Part shown: piece after piece, positions 8,209 through 17,841 of the stretch | Position numbering within the stretch: position 1 is the stretch's first letter | Layout: every line of letters starts with the position of its first letter | NCBI GenBank assembly: GCA_963699255.1 | Contig: OY969425.1 | Span: 90,001 to 122,000 of the forward strand | Origin: an uncultured bacterium | Lineage (GTDB): Bacteria; Margulisbacteria; WOR-1; CAVSGV01 | Direction: 5' to 3' | Length of the DNA: 32,000 nucleotides | Notes under the pieces: generated by a model | The model's input: the letters and a program-made list of their open reading frames with translations, nothing else | Databases searched by the model: none | What the model was told of the DNA's origin: nothing | Made by a program: the position numbers and the translations under genes

Positions 8209-8215
8209 TGTCGGG
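8198..8215. repeat. Hairpin CCCGAC-CGTAGT-GTCGGG spanning the coaD stop codon
   Basis: 6-bp perfect stem with the TAG stop (8206-8208) in the loop. Confidence 0.5.
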
Positions 8216-8233
8216 GAAGGGGAGGGATATAAT

Positions 8234-8704
8234 ATGGAAATACTGGGCCTTCTTGATACCCTTGAATCCATGATACTGGAGGGATTTAGGATACCTCTCA
8301 CAAGGAAAACGATAATAGACGAGGAAAAGGTCCTTCAGGTGGCGGATAAGATAAGGTTGGTCGCGCAGGGCGGAGGGGAGCTTGTAAAGAAAGCGATAGA
8401 TAAGAGGACCGTGCCGCCAAAGCAGGAAACAATTGAATTTGTCGAAGCTCGAAAAGAAATGGAAAAGGTGAAAGAAGGGCTTCCTGTCACGGCTGACAGC
8501 GAAGATAAAGCGACCGAGATCATTGAAAACGCATATAAGATCGCGAAAGAAGTGCGTATGGGAGCGGACAAATATGCCGATGAGGTCCTCTCTAACCTGG
8601 AAGTGACTTCCAGCAGGATCTTGAGGTCCGTGAAAGCGGGAAGGTCAAGGCTCGGGAGGTTCGTAACAGGCACATCAACACAGGAAACAAAGCGGGAAGA
8701 ATAG
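8234..8704 (+). CDS. Coiled-coil protein of the type found beside coaD in clostridia and others (often annotated 'ATPase'/DivIVA-like); function unknown
   Basis: 156 aa: 'MEILGLLDTLESMILEGFRIPLTRKTIIDEEKVLQVADKIRLVAQ...KATEIIENAYKIAKEVRMGADKYADEVLSNLE'. Confidence 0.65.
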   Translation: MEILGLLDTLESMILEGFRIPLTRKTIIDEEKVLQVADKIRLVAQGGGELVKKAIDKRTVPPKQETIEFVEARKEMEKVKEGLPVTADSEDKATEIIENAYKIAKEVRMGADKYADEVLSNLEVTSSRILRSVKAGRSRLGRFVTGTSTQETKREE

Positions 8705-8714
8705 CGGATAAGGG

Positions 8715-9449
8715 GTGACGAATAAGGTGATGAATCGTTTGGACGGCCGCCGTCCCGATGAACTGAGGAAAATAACGATAACGAGGAACTATCTGAAATA
8801 TCCGGATGGCTCTGTGCTTATCGAATGTGGGGATACAAAGGTCATCTGTACGGCTATTGTTGAAGAAAGCGTTCCGAACCATCGCAAGGGTTCAGGTGGC
8901 GGCTGGATATCCGCGGAATATGCAATGATCCCCGGCTCCACCGCTGAAAGAGTTCCCAGAGATACTCATTTTGGTAAGGTGAAGGGCAGGTCGCTTGAAA
9001 TACAGCGGCTTGTAGGGAGGGCATTAAGAGCTGTTGTTGACCTTGAAGCTATCGGGGAGATATCCTTTTTGATCGATGCGGATGTTATCCAGGCGGACGG
9101 AGGAACAAGGACGGCTTCGATAACAGGTTCTTTTGTCGCGCTATATGATGCCGTTAGCAAAGCTCTGGCAAAAGGACAGATCAAGAAGAACCCGATCAAG
9201 GAATTTCTGGCGGCTACATCCATTGGAGTGGTGGGAGGGAGCAGATATCTCGACCTGAATTATGAAGAGGATTCCCGTGCGGATGTGGATATGAACCTGG
9301 CAATGACCGAATCAGGGAAATTCGTTGAAGTCCAGGGAACGGCCGAGCAGATCCCTTTTGCCAGAAAAGCGCTTGATGAGATTTTGGACCTTGGGGCGGA
9401 AGGAATTAAGCACCTCATATCTATTCAACATAAGGTTTTGGGGGTATAA
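8715..9449 (+). CDS. rph: Ribonuclease PH
   Basis: '[42 protein letters not shown]', '[16 protein letters not shown]', '[19 protein letters not shown]', '[23 protein letters not shown]'. GTG start 8715 or ATG 8730. Confidence 0.95.
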   Translation: MTNKVMNRLDGRRPDELRKITITRNYLKYPDGSVLIECGDTKVICTAIVEESVPNHRKGSGGGWISAEYAMIPGSTAERVPRDTHFGKVKGRSLEIQRLVGRALRAVVDLEAIGEISFLIDADVIQADGGTRTASITGSFVALYDAVSKALAKGQIKKNPIKEFLAATSIGVVGGSRYLDLNYEEDSRADVDMNLAMTESGKFVEVQGTAEQIPFARKALDEILDLGAEGIKHLISIQHKVLGV

Positions 9450-9452
9450 ACT

Positions 9453-10763
9453 ATGAAAATATGCGTTATCGGTACCGGATATGTAGGGCTTGTTACCGGA
9501 GCTTGCCTGGCAGGCCTTGGGAATGAAGTTATCTGCGTCGACAAGGACAAAACAAGAGTTACCAGCCTGCAAAGGTCCATTATTCCTTTTTATGAACCGG
9601 GATTGAAGGAGCTGGTTTTAAAAAATCAAAGAGCAAAGCGCATCATGTTCACAACGAACATAAAGGACGGAGTCGGGAAGTCAGAGATCGTTTTTATCGC
9701 TGTCGGGACTCCGCCCAGAGAAAGCGGCGAAGCGGACGTATCCGCCGTTATCAATGTGGCTGGCCAGATCGCGTCAACCTTCAAGTCTGATGGAAAGATG
9801 GGCAGGAAATTCAAGGTGATCGTGAACAAGAGCACCGTTCCGGTCGGCATGGGGGACATCGTCACGAAGATATTGATCAAGAAAGGCGTATCGGATAAGA
9901 ATTTTGCTGTTGTATCGAACCCCGAATTTTTGAGAGAAGGGACAGCTGTATCCGATTTTATGTCGCCGGACAGGATAGTGATCGGCGCGCCGAACAGCAG
10001 GGCTTTCAATGTCATTACGGAGCTTTACCGTCCGCTGAACGCGCACATGATCTTTACCACCGTGAAGAGCGCAGAGCTCATAAAGTACGCTTCAAATTCA
10101 TTCCTTGCGACAAAGATCTCTTTCATCAATGAAATAGCGAATATCTGCGAAGAGGTCGGCTCGGATGTTGTTGAGGTCGCTTACGGCATGGGACTGGATA
10201 AGCGCATAGGCAGGGAATTTCTGAATGCCGGCATCGGCTACGGAGGTTCTTGTCTGCCAAAGGATGTTTCTGCGCTGATCCATCTCGCAAAAGCGAACGG
10301 ATACGATCCCCAGATATTGGTCGCCGTGAACAGGACGAACGAGGAACAGAGAAAGAAGATCGTTGAAAAAATGGAAGGTGTTTTGAAATCGCTGAAAGGC
10401 AAGACCATCGGAGTGCTCGGGCTTTCATTCAAGCCCGAAACCGACGATCTCCGTGACGCGCCGTCGATCGAGATCATACAGGAACTTCGAAGCAGGGGAG
10501 CAAAAGTAATGGCATACGATCCGGTAGCCGCGGTCAAAGCAAAGAAGTTCCTGGATGGCGTTGTTTTTTGCGATACCGCATATGACGCCGTTAGGAAAGC
10601 GGATGCGGCCATTGTCACGGCCGAATGGGGGGAGTTCAGGGAACTGGACATGGACAAGATCAAGTCATCGATGAGATCCCCGGTGATCTTTGACGGCAGA
10701 AATATTTATAACCCGAAGAGAATGAAAGAACTCGGCTTTAAATATTACGGGGTAGGGAGATAA
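9453..10763 (+). CDS. ugd: UDP-glucose 6-dehydrogenase
   Basis: 'MKICVIGTGYVGLVTGACLAGLGNEVICVDKD', 'NPEFLREGTAVSDFMSPDRIVIG', 'GIGYGGSCLPKDVSALI', 'GLSFKPETDDLRDAPSIEII'. Confidence 0.95.
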   Translation: MKICVIGTGYVGLVTGACLAGLGNEVICVDKDKTRVTSLQRSIIPFYEPGLKELVLKNQRAKRIMFTTNIKDGVGKSEIVFIAVGTPPRESGEADVSAVINVAGQIASTFKSDGKMGRKFKVIVNKSTVPVGMGDIVTKILIKKGVSDKNFAVVSNPEFLREGTAVSDFMSPDRIVIGAPNSRAFNVITELYRPLNAHMIFTTVKSAELIKYASNSFLATKISFINEIANICEEVGSDVVEVAYGMGLDKRIGREFLNAGIGYGGSCLPKDVSALIHLAKANGYDPQILVAVNRTNEEQRKKIVEKMEGVLKSLKGKTIGVLGLSFKPETDDLRDAPSIEIIQELRSRGAKVMAYDPVAAVKAKKFLDGVVFCDTAYDAVRKADAAIVTAEWGEFRELDMDKIKSSMRSPVIFDGRNIYNPKRMKELGFKYYGVGR

Positions 10764-11687
10764 TTGAAAATACTCGTTACCGGCGGAGCCGGGTTTATCG
10801 GCTCCCACTTGTGCGACTTTCTCCTTGAAAAAGGCCACTTTGTCATATGCGTGGATAATCTTCTTACGGGCAATATAAAGAACATAAGGCATAATCTCCA
10901 GAACAAAAGATTTGAATTCTTGAAACACGATATCATCAAGCCATTAAAATTCCCCGGCAGGCTCGATCATATCCTTCACTTTGCCTCTCCCGCCAGCCCG
11001 GTCGATTACATGAATTATCCACTGGAAACTCTCGATGTCGGCTCGTTCGGCACAAAGAACATGCTTGAGCTTGCGAGAAAGAAGAAAGCCAGGCTCATAC
11101 TGGCTTCAACCTCCGAAGTTTACGGTGATCCGAAAGTATCTCCTCAGGAGGAGGGGTATTTTGGGAACGTTAATTCGGTCGGGCCAAGGTCAGTATATGA
11201 TGAGGCAAAACGTTTTGCCGAAGCATTGACTTCGGCATACACCAGGGAAAAGCTCGTTGAGGGAAAGATCGTCAGGATATTCAACACATACGGGCCCAGA
11301 ATGGGACTTGATGACGGACGCGTTGTCCCAAACTTCATCAAGCAGGCCTTGACAGGACAGGCTTTGACCATATACGGGGACGGAAGCCAGACGAGGAGCT
11401 TTTGCTATGTGTCAGACCTGGTCTCGGGAATATATAAGCTGATGTATGCAAAGATAAGCGGGCCTGTAAATCTGGGGAACCCTAAAGAACTGAAGATCAT
11501 CGATTTCGCGGACGTCATCGTCAAGTTGACCGGGAGCAAAAGCAAGATCGTTTTTAAGCCTCTTCCGCAGGATGATCCAAAGCAGAGGCGCCCGGACATT
11601 TCAAAGGCAAAAAAAGAGCTGTCGTGGAGTCCGGAAGTAAGCCTCGAAGAAGGACTTAAAAAGACCATAGAGTGGTTCTCAAAATAG
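10764..11687 (+). CDS. UDP-glucuronate decarboxylase / UDP-xylose synthase-like SDR (TTG start)
   Basis: '[41 protein letters not shown]', '[34 protein letters not shown]', '[16 protein letters not shown]', '[25 protein letters not shown]'; directly after ugd. Confidence 0.88.
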   Translation: MKILVTGGAGFIGSHLCDFLLEKGHFVICVDNLLTGNIKNIRHNLQNKRFEFLKHDIIKPLKFPGRLDHILHFASPASPVDYMNYPLETLDVGSFGTKNMLELARKKKARLILASTSEVYGDPKVSPQEEGYFGNVNSVGPRSVYDEAKRFAEALTSAYTREKLVEGKIVRIFNTYGPRMGLDDGRVVPNFIKQALTGQALTIYGDGSQTRSFCYVSDLVSGIYKLMYAKISGPVNLGNPKELKIIDFADVIVKLTGSKSKIVFKPLPQDDPKQRRPDISKAKKELSWSPEVSLEEGLKKTIEWFSK

Positions 11688-11734
11688 CAACTTGATTTTC
11701 CGCGGAATGGAATTGCCAGAGGGGATGGGTTGAT

Positions 11735-12685
11735 ATGGCAAAGAAGGCGTTCATAACGGGCGGTGCGGGGTTTATCGGCAGCCACCTGGTCGATAGACTG
11801 GCGAAAAAGGGATGGCATGTCACCGTATATGATAATTTGTCTTCCGGAAAAGAAAGCTTCATCAGGCATCACTTAGGCAGGAAATATTTTAAATTCATCA
11901 GGGCTGATCTTCTTGACCTCAAAAAGCTGAAAAAGAGCGTTCGGGGACATGATGTTGTTTTTCATCTGGCGGCAAATCCCGATATACGGTACGGGATAAA
12001 ATTTACCGATGTGGACCTTAAGCAAAATACGATAGCGACCTATAATGTGCTTGAATCAATGCGTCTCGCGGGCATAAAAGAGATCATCTTTGCTTCCACT
12101 TCAACGATATATGGTGAGCCCGCGATCATGCCTACGCCCGAGGATTATGGGCCTCTCTATCCAATTTCGCTTTATGGGGCAAGCAAGCTGGCTTGCGAGG
12201 CGCTTTGCACTTCTTTCTCCCACACTTTCAAAATGAAATGCTGGATATTCCGGTTCGCAAACATCGTTGGAGGAAGAGGTACCCACGGACTTATCTACGA
12301 CTTTATCGCAAAACTCAGGAAAGACCCCCAAAAACTCGAGATACTCGGGGATGGCAGACAGACCAAATCCTATCTTTTGGTCGATGACTGTGTGGACGCG
12401 ATGCTGTATGTTCATGAACGAAGCAGGGAACAGTTCAATGTTTTCAATCTCGGAAGCAGGGATCGGGTAAATATTAAAACCATCGCCGGGATCCTCACCG
12501 GTAAAATGGGACTGAGAGATGCGAAGTTCTCGTTTACGGGAGGAAAGCGCGGGTGGCCGGGAGATGTCCCCCGGATGTTCCTTGCCGTCGGCAAACTCTC
12601 AAGGCTCGGGTTTAAGGCCGGGCACAATTCAAGAGAAGCCGTGGAAATAGCCATAGAAAGGATGCTCGGGGAGTGCAGGCGGTAA
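11735..12685 (+). CDS. NAD-dependent nucleotide-sugar epimerase/dehydratase (SDR)
   Basis: '[22 protein letters not shown]', 'STSTIYGEPAIMPTPEDYGPLYPISLYGASKLACE'. Confidence 0.88.
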   Translation: MAKKAFITGGAGFIGSHLVDRLAKKGWHVTVYDNLSSGKESFIRHHLGRKYFKFIRADLLDLKKLKKSVRGHDVVFHLAANPDIRYGIKFTDVDLKQNTIATYNVLESMRLAGIKEIIFASTSTIYGEPAIMPTPEDYGPLYPISLYGASKLACEALCTSFSHTFKMKCWIFRFANIVGGRGTHGLIYDFIAKLRKDPQKLEILGDGRQTKSYLLVDDCVDAMLYVHERSREQFNVFNLGSRDRVNIKTIAGILTGKMGLRDAKFSFTGGKRGWPGDVPRMFLAVGKLSRLGFKAGHNSREAVEIAIERMLGECRR

Positions 12686-13404
12686 TTTTAGCCGGCGGTG
12701 CGGGCACCAGGCTCAGGCCTTTGACACTGGCTGTCCCGAAGCCGATGATAAAGATAAACGGGAAGCCGTTTTTGCAATATATTCTCGAAGAACTTAAAAA
12801 ATACGGGGTCAGGGATATTATCCTTTGCGTCGGATATTTAGCGGATAAGTTCAAGGAATATTTTGGCGACGGCTCAAAATTGGGTATCAATCTGTCATAT
12901 TCGGTTGAGCGTGAGTTCCTCGGCACAGCGGGGGCTGTAAAACTTGCCGAGAAATATCTGGAGGATGATTTTGTATTGATGAACGGGGACACTTATTTGC
13001 CGATCGATTATGCGGAAATATATGGTGAGTTCAAGAAGTCGGGAAAAATGGGACTGATGGTCGTTTATGACAACAGGGAAAAAGTCGCCCTGGAGAATGT
13101 TTCGGTTGACGACCAGGGGCTGGTGGATGCTTACGAGAAGAAGGAGCCCTTAAAAAAAGGCGATCAGCTGGTTGAGGTCAAGACAGGCCCGTCAAAAGAT
13201 TATAAATATGTGGATGCGGGCGTATATGTTTTTAACAGGGATATTCTTAAGCTCATCGAGAGGGGCAGGTTCGTTTCTCTTGAGGGTGATGTCTATCCCG
13301 AGCTTATTAAAAGCCGGCAGCTTAAGGCACACATAACCTCTAAAAGATATTATGACCTGGGAACGCCGGAGAGAATGGAGCTAATAAAGGGGCTGCTTAA
13401 ATGA
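12673..13404 (+). CDS. hddC: Nucleotidyltransferase, D-glycero-alpha-D-manno-heptose 1-phosphate guanylyltransferase-like (GTG start)
   Basis: 'MQAVILAGGAGTRLRPLTLAVPKPMIKINGKPFLQYILEELKKYGVRDIILCVGYLADKFKEYFGDGSKLG'; context with hddA/gmhA/gmhB. Confidence 0.8.
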   Translation: MQAVILAGGAGTRLRPLTLAVPKPMIKINGKPFLQYILEELKKYGVRDIILCVGYLADKFKEYFGDGSKLGINLSYSVEREFLGTAGAVKLAEKYLEDDFVLMNGDTYLPIDYAEIYGEFKKSGKMGLMVVYDNREKVALENVSVDDQGLVDAYEKKEPLKKGDQLVEVKTGPSKDYKYVDAGVYVFNRDILKLIERGRFVSLEGDVYPELIKSRQLKAHITSKRYYDLGTPERMELIKGLLK

Positions 13405-14381
13405 TAATCTCAAGGACGCCGTTAAGGATAAGCTTTTTTGGCGGAGGGACCGACCTTAAGGAATTCTATGGGCTTGAGGGAGGGGCGGTGCTTTCAACGG
13501 CGATCGACAAGTATATCTTTGCGACCGTGAACAAGAAATTCGATGAACACATAAGGGTTTCTTATTCTGAGACCGAGATCGTTGAGCGTGTTGATCAGAT
13601 CCGCCATGATCTTGTCAGGGAAGCGATGAAACTCGCGGGGGTGCTGAAAGGGATCGAGATGACCACGATCGCGGACATCCCGTCCCAGGGGACAGGGCTT
13701 GGTTCATCCAGCACTTTTACCGTCGGGATACTTAATGCGCTTCACGCCTATAAAGGCGAATATGTTTCCGCCGAAACTCTGGCGAACGAAGCGTGCAAAA
13801 TAGAAATAGATATCGTAGGAGAGCCGATCGGTAAACAGGACCAGTACATCGCCTCTTACGGCGGATTTCAATTCATACAATTCAACAAGGACGGCTCGGT
13901 CTTCGTTGATCCGATCGTCTGCAGCGGAGAACTGAAAGAGGAGCTTTGCGGCAATCTTATGCTTTTCTATACGGGCGTTACCCGCAGGGCGAACACGATA
14001 CTTGCCGAACAGAAAAAAAAGGCATCGAACGACAAGATAAAAGAGCTCAAAGCGCTAAAGGACCTGGCTGTTATTTCCCGCAGATCATTGGAAGTGGATC
14101 AGTCTATCGATCAATTTGGGAGATTGCTTGATGAAGGTTGGAAGTTAAAGAAATCCCTGGCGAGCGGAATATCGAACGCCGAGATCGACGCGATGTATGA
14201 AAAAGCAAAAAAGGCGGGGGCGCTGGGGGGAAAGATAACCGGGGCGGGCGGCGGAGGGTTCCTCCTGCTGTATGTCCCCGGGAACAGGCAGGAGCATGTG
14301 AGGAGCGCGCTGCATCCGCTCAGGCAGATCGATTTCAAATTTGAGCCGCAGGGAAGCAAGATAATTTACGTCACGGATTAG
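13401..14381 (+). CDS. hddA: GHMP kinase, D-glycero-alpha-D-manno-heptose 7-phosphate kinase
   Basis: 'MIISRTPLRISFFGGGTDLKEFY', 'IPSQGTGLGSSSTFTVGILNALHAYKG', 'GAGGGGFLLLYVP'. Confidence 0.88.
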   Translation: MIISRTPLRISFFGGGTDLKEFYGLEGGAVLSTAIDKYIFATVNKKFDEHIRVSYSETEIVERVDQIRHDLVREAMKLAGVLKGIEMTTIADIPSQGTGLGSSSTFTVGILNALHAYKGEYVSAETLANEACKIEIDIVGEPIGKQDQYIASYGGFQFIQFNKDGSVFVDPIVCSGELKEELCGNLMLFYTGVTRRANTILAEQKKKASNDKIKELKALKDLAVISRRSLEVDQSIDQFGRLLDEGWKLKKSLASGISNAEIDAMYEKAKKAGALGGKITGAGGGGFLLLYVPGNRQEHVRSALHPLRQIDFKFEPQGSKIIYVTD

Positions 14382-14393
14382 GAGGGGATAACA

Positions 14394-14972
14394 ATGCCGG
14401 GAAAATTCGCGAAGCAATATCTATCCGAGCTTGTCGACAGCATAAACGATCTCCCTTTTGACGGGATCAGGGAAGTCGTGAGCGTATTGAAAGAGGCTTA
14501 CAGAAAAGGGAGACATGTCTTTATCATGGGGAACGGCGGAAGCGCGGCCACGGCGTCCCATTTTGTGTGCGACCTTTCCAAGGGAACACGGGTTTCCGGA
14601 AAAAAACATTTTAAGGCCATAGGGCTGATCGACAATGTGCCTCTTCTTACCGCGTGGAGCAACGACGTCACCTTTAAAGATGTATTTAAAGCGCAGCTCG
14701 AAAACCTTCTAAGCGCGGGGGACGTAGTCGTCGTTTTTACCGGCAGCGGTAATTCCCCGAACGTTCTGGAAGCGGCAAAATACGCCAAAAAAATTAAAGC
14801 CAAAACAATAGCTTTTACGGGGTTCAACGGGGGCAAGATCAAGAAACTGGCCGATGTTTGCCTGATTGTTCCTTCAAATAACATGGAGAGGATCGAAGAC
14901 CTCCATCTGATCCTGGAGCACCTTATCAAGCTTTACCTATGGGAGGAGATCCGTGAAGGTCGTCTTTCTTGA
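14394..14972 (+). CDS. gmhA: SIS-domain phosphoheptose isomerase
   Basis: 'VFIMGNGGSAATASHFVCDLSKGTR', 'GDVVVVFTGSGNSPNVLEAAKYAK', 'MERIEDLHLILEHLI'. Confidence 0.85.
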   Translation: MPGKFAKQYLSELVDSINDLPFDGIREVVSVLKEAYRKGRHVFIMGNGGSAATASHFVCDLSKGTRVSGKKHFKAIGLIDNVPLLTAWSNDVTFKDVFKAQLENLLSAGDVVVVFTGSGNSPNVLEAAKYAKKIKAKTIAFTGFNGGKIKKLADVCLIVPSNNMERIEDLHLILEHLIKLYLWEEIREGRLS

Positions 14973-15444
14973 CAGGGACGGCGTAATAAACAAAAAGATC
15001 GAGAACGGCTACGTTCTTTACTGGAAGGACTTTGAATTCCTTCCGGACGTTGATAAGGCAATAAAGCTGCTTAACGAGAACAGGATCCCCGTCATCGTGA
15101 TAAGCAATCAAGCGTGTGTCGGAAAGGGGCTTATTACCAGGCGGAGGCTTGACGATATTAATGGAAGGATGATGGAGGAATTGAAGAAGAAAGGGGCGCA
15201 TATTGACGATATTTTCGTTTGCCCCCACAAAGCCGAGGATGACTGCGGCTGCAGGAAACCAAGAACGGGGTTGTTCAAGCAGGCTTCTGAAAAACATGAT
15301 ATTGATTTCAAGGGCTCGTTATTCATCGGGGACAGCCCGGAAGACGCGGGGGCCGGATGCGGCGCGGGATGCAATACTTATCTTTTAAAAAATGGGGAAA
15401 ACCTCATGTCCGTGGTTGAAAAGGCTTTAAAGCAGCTTAAATGA
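14953..15444 (+). CDS. gmhB: D-glycero-D-manno-heptose 1,7-bisphosphate 7-phosphatase-like HAD phosphatase (GTG start)
   Basis: 'VVFLDRDGVINKKIENGYVLYWKDFEFLPDVDKAIKLLNE', 'CPHKAEDDCGCRKPRTGLFKQA', 'FIGDSPEDAGAG'. Confidence 0.88.
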   Translation: MKVVFLDRDGVINKKIENGYVLYWKDFEFLPDVDKAIKLLNENRIPVIVISNQACVGKGLITRRRLDDINGRMMEELKKKGAHIDDIFVCPHKAEDDCGCRKPRTGLFKQASEKHDIDFKGSLFIGDSPEDAGAGCGAGCNTYLLKNGENLMSVVEKALKQLK

Positions 15445-15468
15445 GAACAGGAGCATCCGTGATCAAGC

Positions 15469-16746
15469 ATGATCATGAATAATCACAGAAAGAAACTGAT
15501 CGAGAACTTCTTCAGTTTATCCGTTCTGCAGGGCGCGAATTATATCCTGCCTCTCCTGACCGTTCCTTATCTGGTGAGAGTTCTCGGGCCCGCAAAGTTC
15601 GGCCTCGTGGCCTTTGCCCAGGCTTTTGCCCAATATTTTGTCCTGTTCACGGATTACGGTTTCAACTTTTCGGCCACGCGTGAGGTGTCCATCCATCGGT
15701 TTGACCATAAGAGGCTGGAGGAGATATTTTCGTCCGTTGTCGCAGCCAAATTTCTGTTCACGCTCTTTTCTGTTCTCATATATGGCCTGATCATTGTTCT
15801 GTTCGCCAGGTTCCGCCAGGACTGGCTGCTTTATGCTTTTGCTTTCACCATAGTGCCCGGGAACATTTTTTTCTTTCAATGGTTCTTCCAGGGGATGGAG
15901 AAAATGAAGTACATAACCGTGTTGAACATCTTTGCGAAGTTGTTCTTTGTGGTATTGATATTCATTTTCGTCAGGACGGAACAGGACTATGCCCTGTCAG
16001 CCCTTTTTTATTCGCTGGGATTCGTTCTGGCCGGAGTGATCAGCTTATTCGTTGTTTATAAATATTTCAATATAAGATTGCACGTCCCGTCTTTTAACGC
16101 CATAGTTAAAGAGCTCAGGAGCGGATATTATGTTTTTATATCGCAGCTCGCCCCCAGTTTATACACGACGAGCAACGTTTTCATCCTGGGATTGCTGACC
16201 AATAATACGGTGGTGGGTTATTACAGCGCCGGAGAAAAGCTGATCAAAGCCGTTCAGTCGATGCTCAATCCTTTCTCTCAAACCATTTTCCCTCACATCA
16301 GCGCGCTGTCAAAGATCTCAAAGCAAGAGGCTTTAAAATTCGTGAGGAAGGCGATAATCATATCCGGGGTGTTCACTTTTGCGGCGTCATTATTCATGCT
16401 GATATTCGCCCCCCAGATCGTTCGGATAATATTCGGCGAAAATTATTCATCCAGTATCAATGTGATACGCATTTTATCATTTGTCCCCTTTATATCGAGC
16501 TTTGGCATCATTCTTGGAGCGCAGATTATGATCAACTTTGGGATGTCCCATATCTTTGCCTGGATCGTGACATCGGCGGGCTTGCTCAATATCGCGCTTG
16601 CTTGTTTGCTGATACCGATGTTCCGGCAGAACGGCATGGCTTTGGCGGTCGTTGTTACGGAAACCATTATTTCCTTAAGCATGTTTATTGCGCTTGAGAT
16701 GAAACAGCTGAGCCCGCGGAAAAAATGGGTCGAGAGGAACAAATGA
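15469..16746 (+). CDS. Wzx/RfbX-type polysaccharide flippase (multi-pass)
   Basis: 'NFFSLSVLQGANYILPLLTVPYLVRVLGPAKFGLVAFAQAFAQYF' and many hydrophobic helices. Confidence 0.9.
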   Translation: MIMNNHRKKLIENFFSLSVLQGANYILPLLTVPYLVRVLGPAKFGLVAFAQAFAQYFVLFTDYGFNFSATREVSIHRFDHKRLEEIFSSVVAAKFLFTLFSVLIYGLIIVLFARFRQDWLLYAFAFTIVPGNIFFFQWFFQGMEKMKYITVLNIFAKLFFVVLIFIFVRTEQDYALSALFYSLGFVLAGVISLFVVYKYFNIRLHVPSFNAIVKELRSGYYVFISQLAPSLYTTSNVFILGLLTNNTVVGYYSAGEKLIKAVQSMLNPFSQTIFPHISALSKISKQEALKFVRKAIIISGVFTFAASLFMLIFAPQIVRIIFGENYSSSINVIRILSFVPFISSFGIILGAQIMINFGMSHIFAWIVTSAGLLNIALACLLIPMFRQNGMALAVVVTETIISLSMFIALEMKQLSPRKKWVERNK

Positions 16747-17828
16747 AGATCACTTTTGTTCTGCCGGATTACTGCCTGAAGCCCGTGGGGGGCGCCAAAG
16801 TAGTTTACCAATATGCAAACCAGCTGGTTTCACGGGGGCATGCGGTTTCTGTTATACACCCAAGATTCATGAGGAATGTCAAATATCCGAAAAAGAACTG
16901 GTTCATGTCGCAGGCATCAAAGGTCTACAGATCGATCTACAGGCCGAAAAAACGAAGCTGGCAGGCGATAGATGACAGGGTGAAAATGACGTATGTGCGC
17001 GAGCCTGTTCCCGGGAACATTCCTGACGCGGACTTCGTCATCGCGACCGCGTGGTCTACCGCGGAATATGTCAAGGACTATGCGGGATCGAAGGGCAGGA
17101 AATTATATCTGATCCAGCACTATGAAATATGGGATGGGCCGGCGGATAGAGTGGCTGACACCTGGCGGGCCCCTCTCAAAAAGATCGTTATAGCCAAGTG
17201 GCTTTATGAAAAAGGGCTGGAGCTAGGAGTGGATCGCAATGATATGGCTTACATCCCGAACGGCATCGACCATGGGATCTTCAGGGTCATAAACGGCATC
17301 GAAAACCGCCCTGGAAGGATAGCGATGATGTATCACACCGCCGAATGGAAAGGAAGCAGTGACGGGATAAGAGCCATAGAACTCGCACGCGAACAGGTCC
17401 CAAATGTGCAGGCCGTTCTGTTCGGCAGATTTAAGAGGCCGGTTTCCATCCCGGGCTGGATCGAATATAGATATTTCCCGGGAGAGACGGAACTTATCGA
17501 GGGGATATATAACAAGGCGGGTATTTTTATTTGTTCCAGCTGGACCGAAGGCGCGCCTGCGCCGCCGGCTGAAGCGATGGCCTGCGGGTGCGCACTGGTT
17601 TCGACCAGCTGCACAGGCATTGACGAATATGCGGAAGACGGGACAACCGCGCTTCTGTCTCCGCCAAAGGATCCTGAATCTATGGCAAAAAATTTGATCC
17701 GTTTGCTCAAGGACGATCGTCTCAGGGTAAGGATCGCGACGGCCGGGGTTGAACATATCAAGAGGTTTACGTGGAAAAGGGCCGCCGATCAGTTGGAAAA
17801 ATTGATGCAGGAAGAAGCCGGGAAATAG
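16743..17828 (+). CDS. Glycosyltransferase family 4
   Basis: 'ITFVLPDYCLKPVGGAKVVYQYANQLVSRGHAVSVIHP' and 'SSWTEGAPAPPAEAMACGCALVSTSCTGIDEYAEDGTTALLSPPKDPESMAKNLIRLL'; ATG 16743 preferred to track start 16725. Confidence 0.9.
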   Translation: MKITFVLPDYCLKPVGGAKVVYQYANQLVSRGHAVSVIHPRFMRNVKYPKKNWFMSQASKVYRSIYRPKKRSWQAIDDRVKMTYVREPVPGNIPDADFVIATAWSTAEYVKDYAGSKGRKLYLIQHYEIWDGPADRVADTWRAPLKKIVIAKWLYEKGLELGVDRNDMAYIPNGIDHGIFRVINGIENRPGRIAMMYHTAEWKGSSDGIRAIELAREQVPNVQAVLFGRFKRPVSIPGWIEYRYFPGETELIEGIYNKAGIFICSSWTEGAPAPPAEAMACGCALVSTSCTGIDEYAEDGTTALLSPPKDPESMAKNLIRLLKDDRLRVRIATAGVEHIKRFTWKRAADQLEKLMQEEAGK

Positions 17829-17841
17829 AGGAGTTTATTAT

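Noticed and set aside
11698-11707. TTCCGCGGAA palindrome between the UDP-xylose synthase-like gene and the next SDR
   Set aside because: Only 10 bp, no repeat elsewhere in the window and no terminator-like T tract; expected at some rate by chance.
14498-14929. 143-aa minus-strand ORF inside gmhA
   Set aside because: Antisense shadow ORF with no homology-like pattern.
17223-17756. 177-aa minus-strand ORF inside the GT4 gene
   Set aside because: Antisense shadow; the + strand has clear glycosyltransferase motifs.
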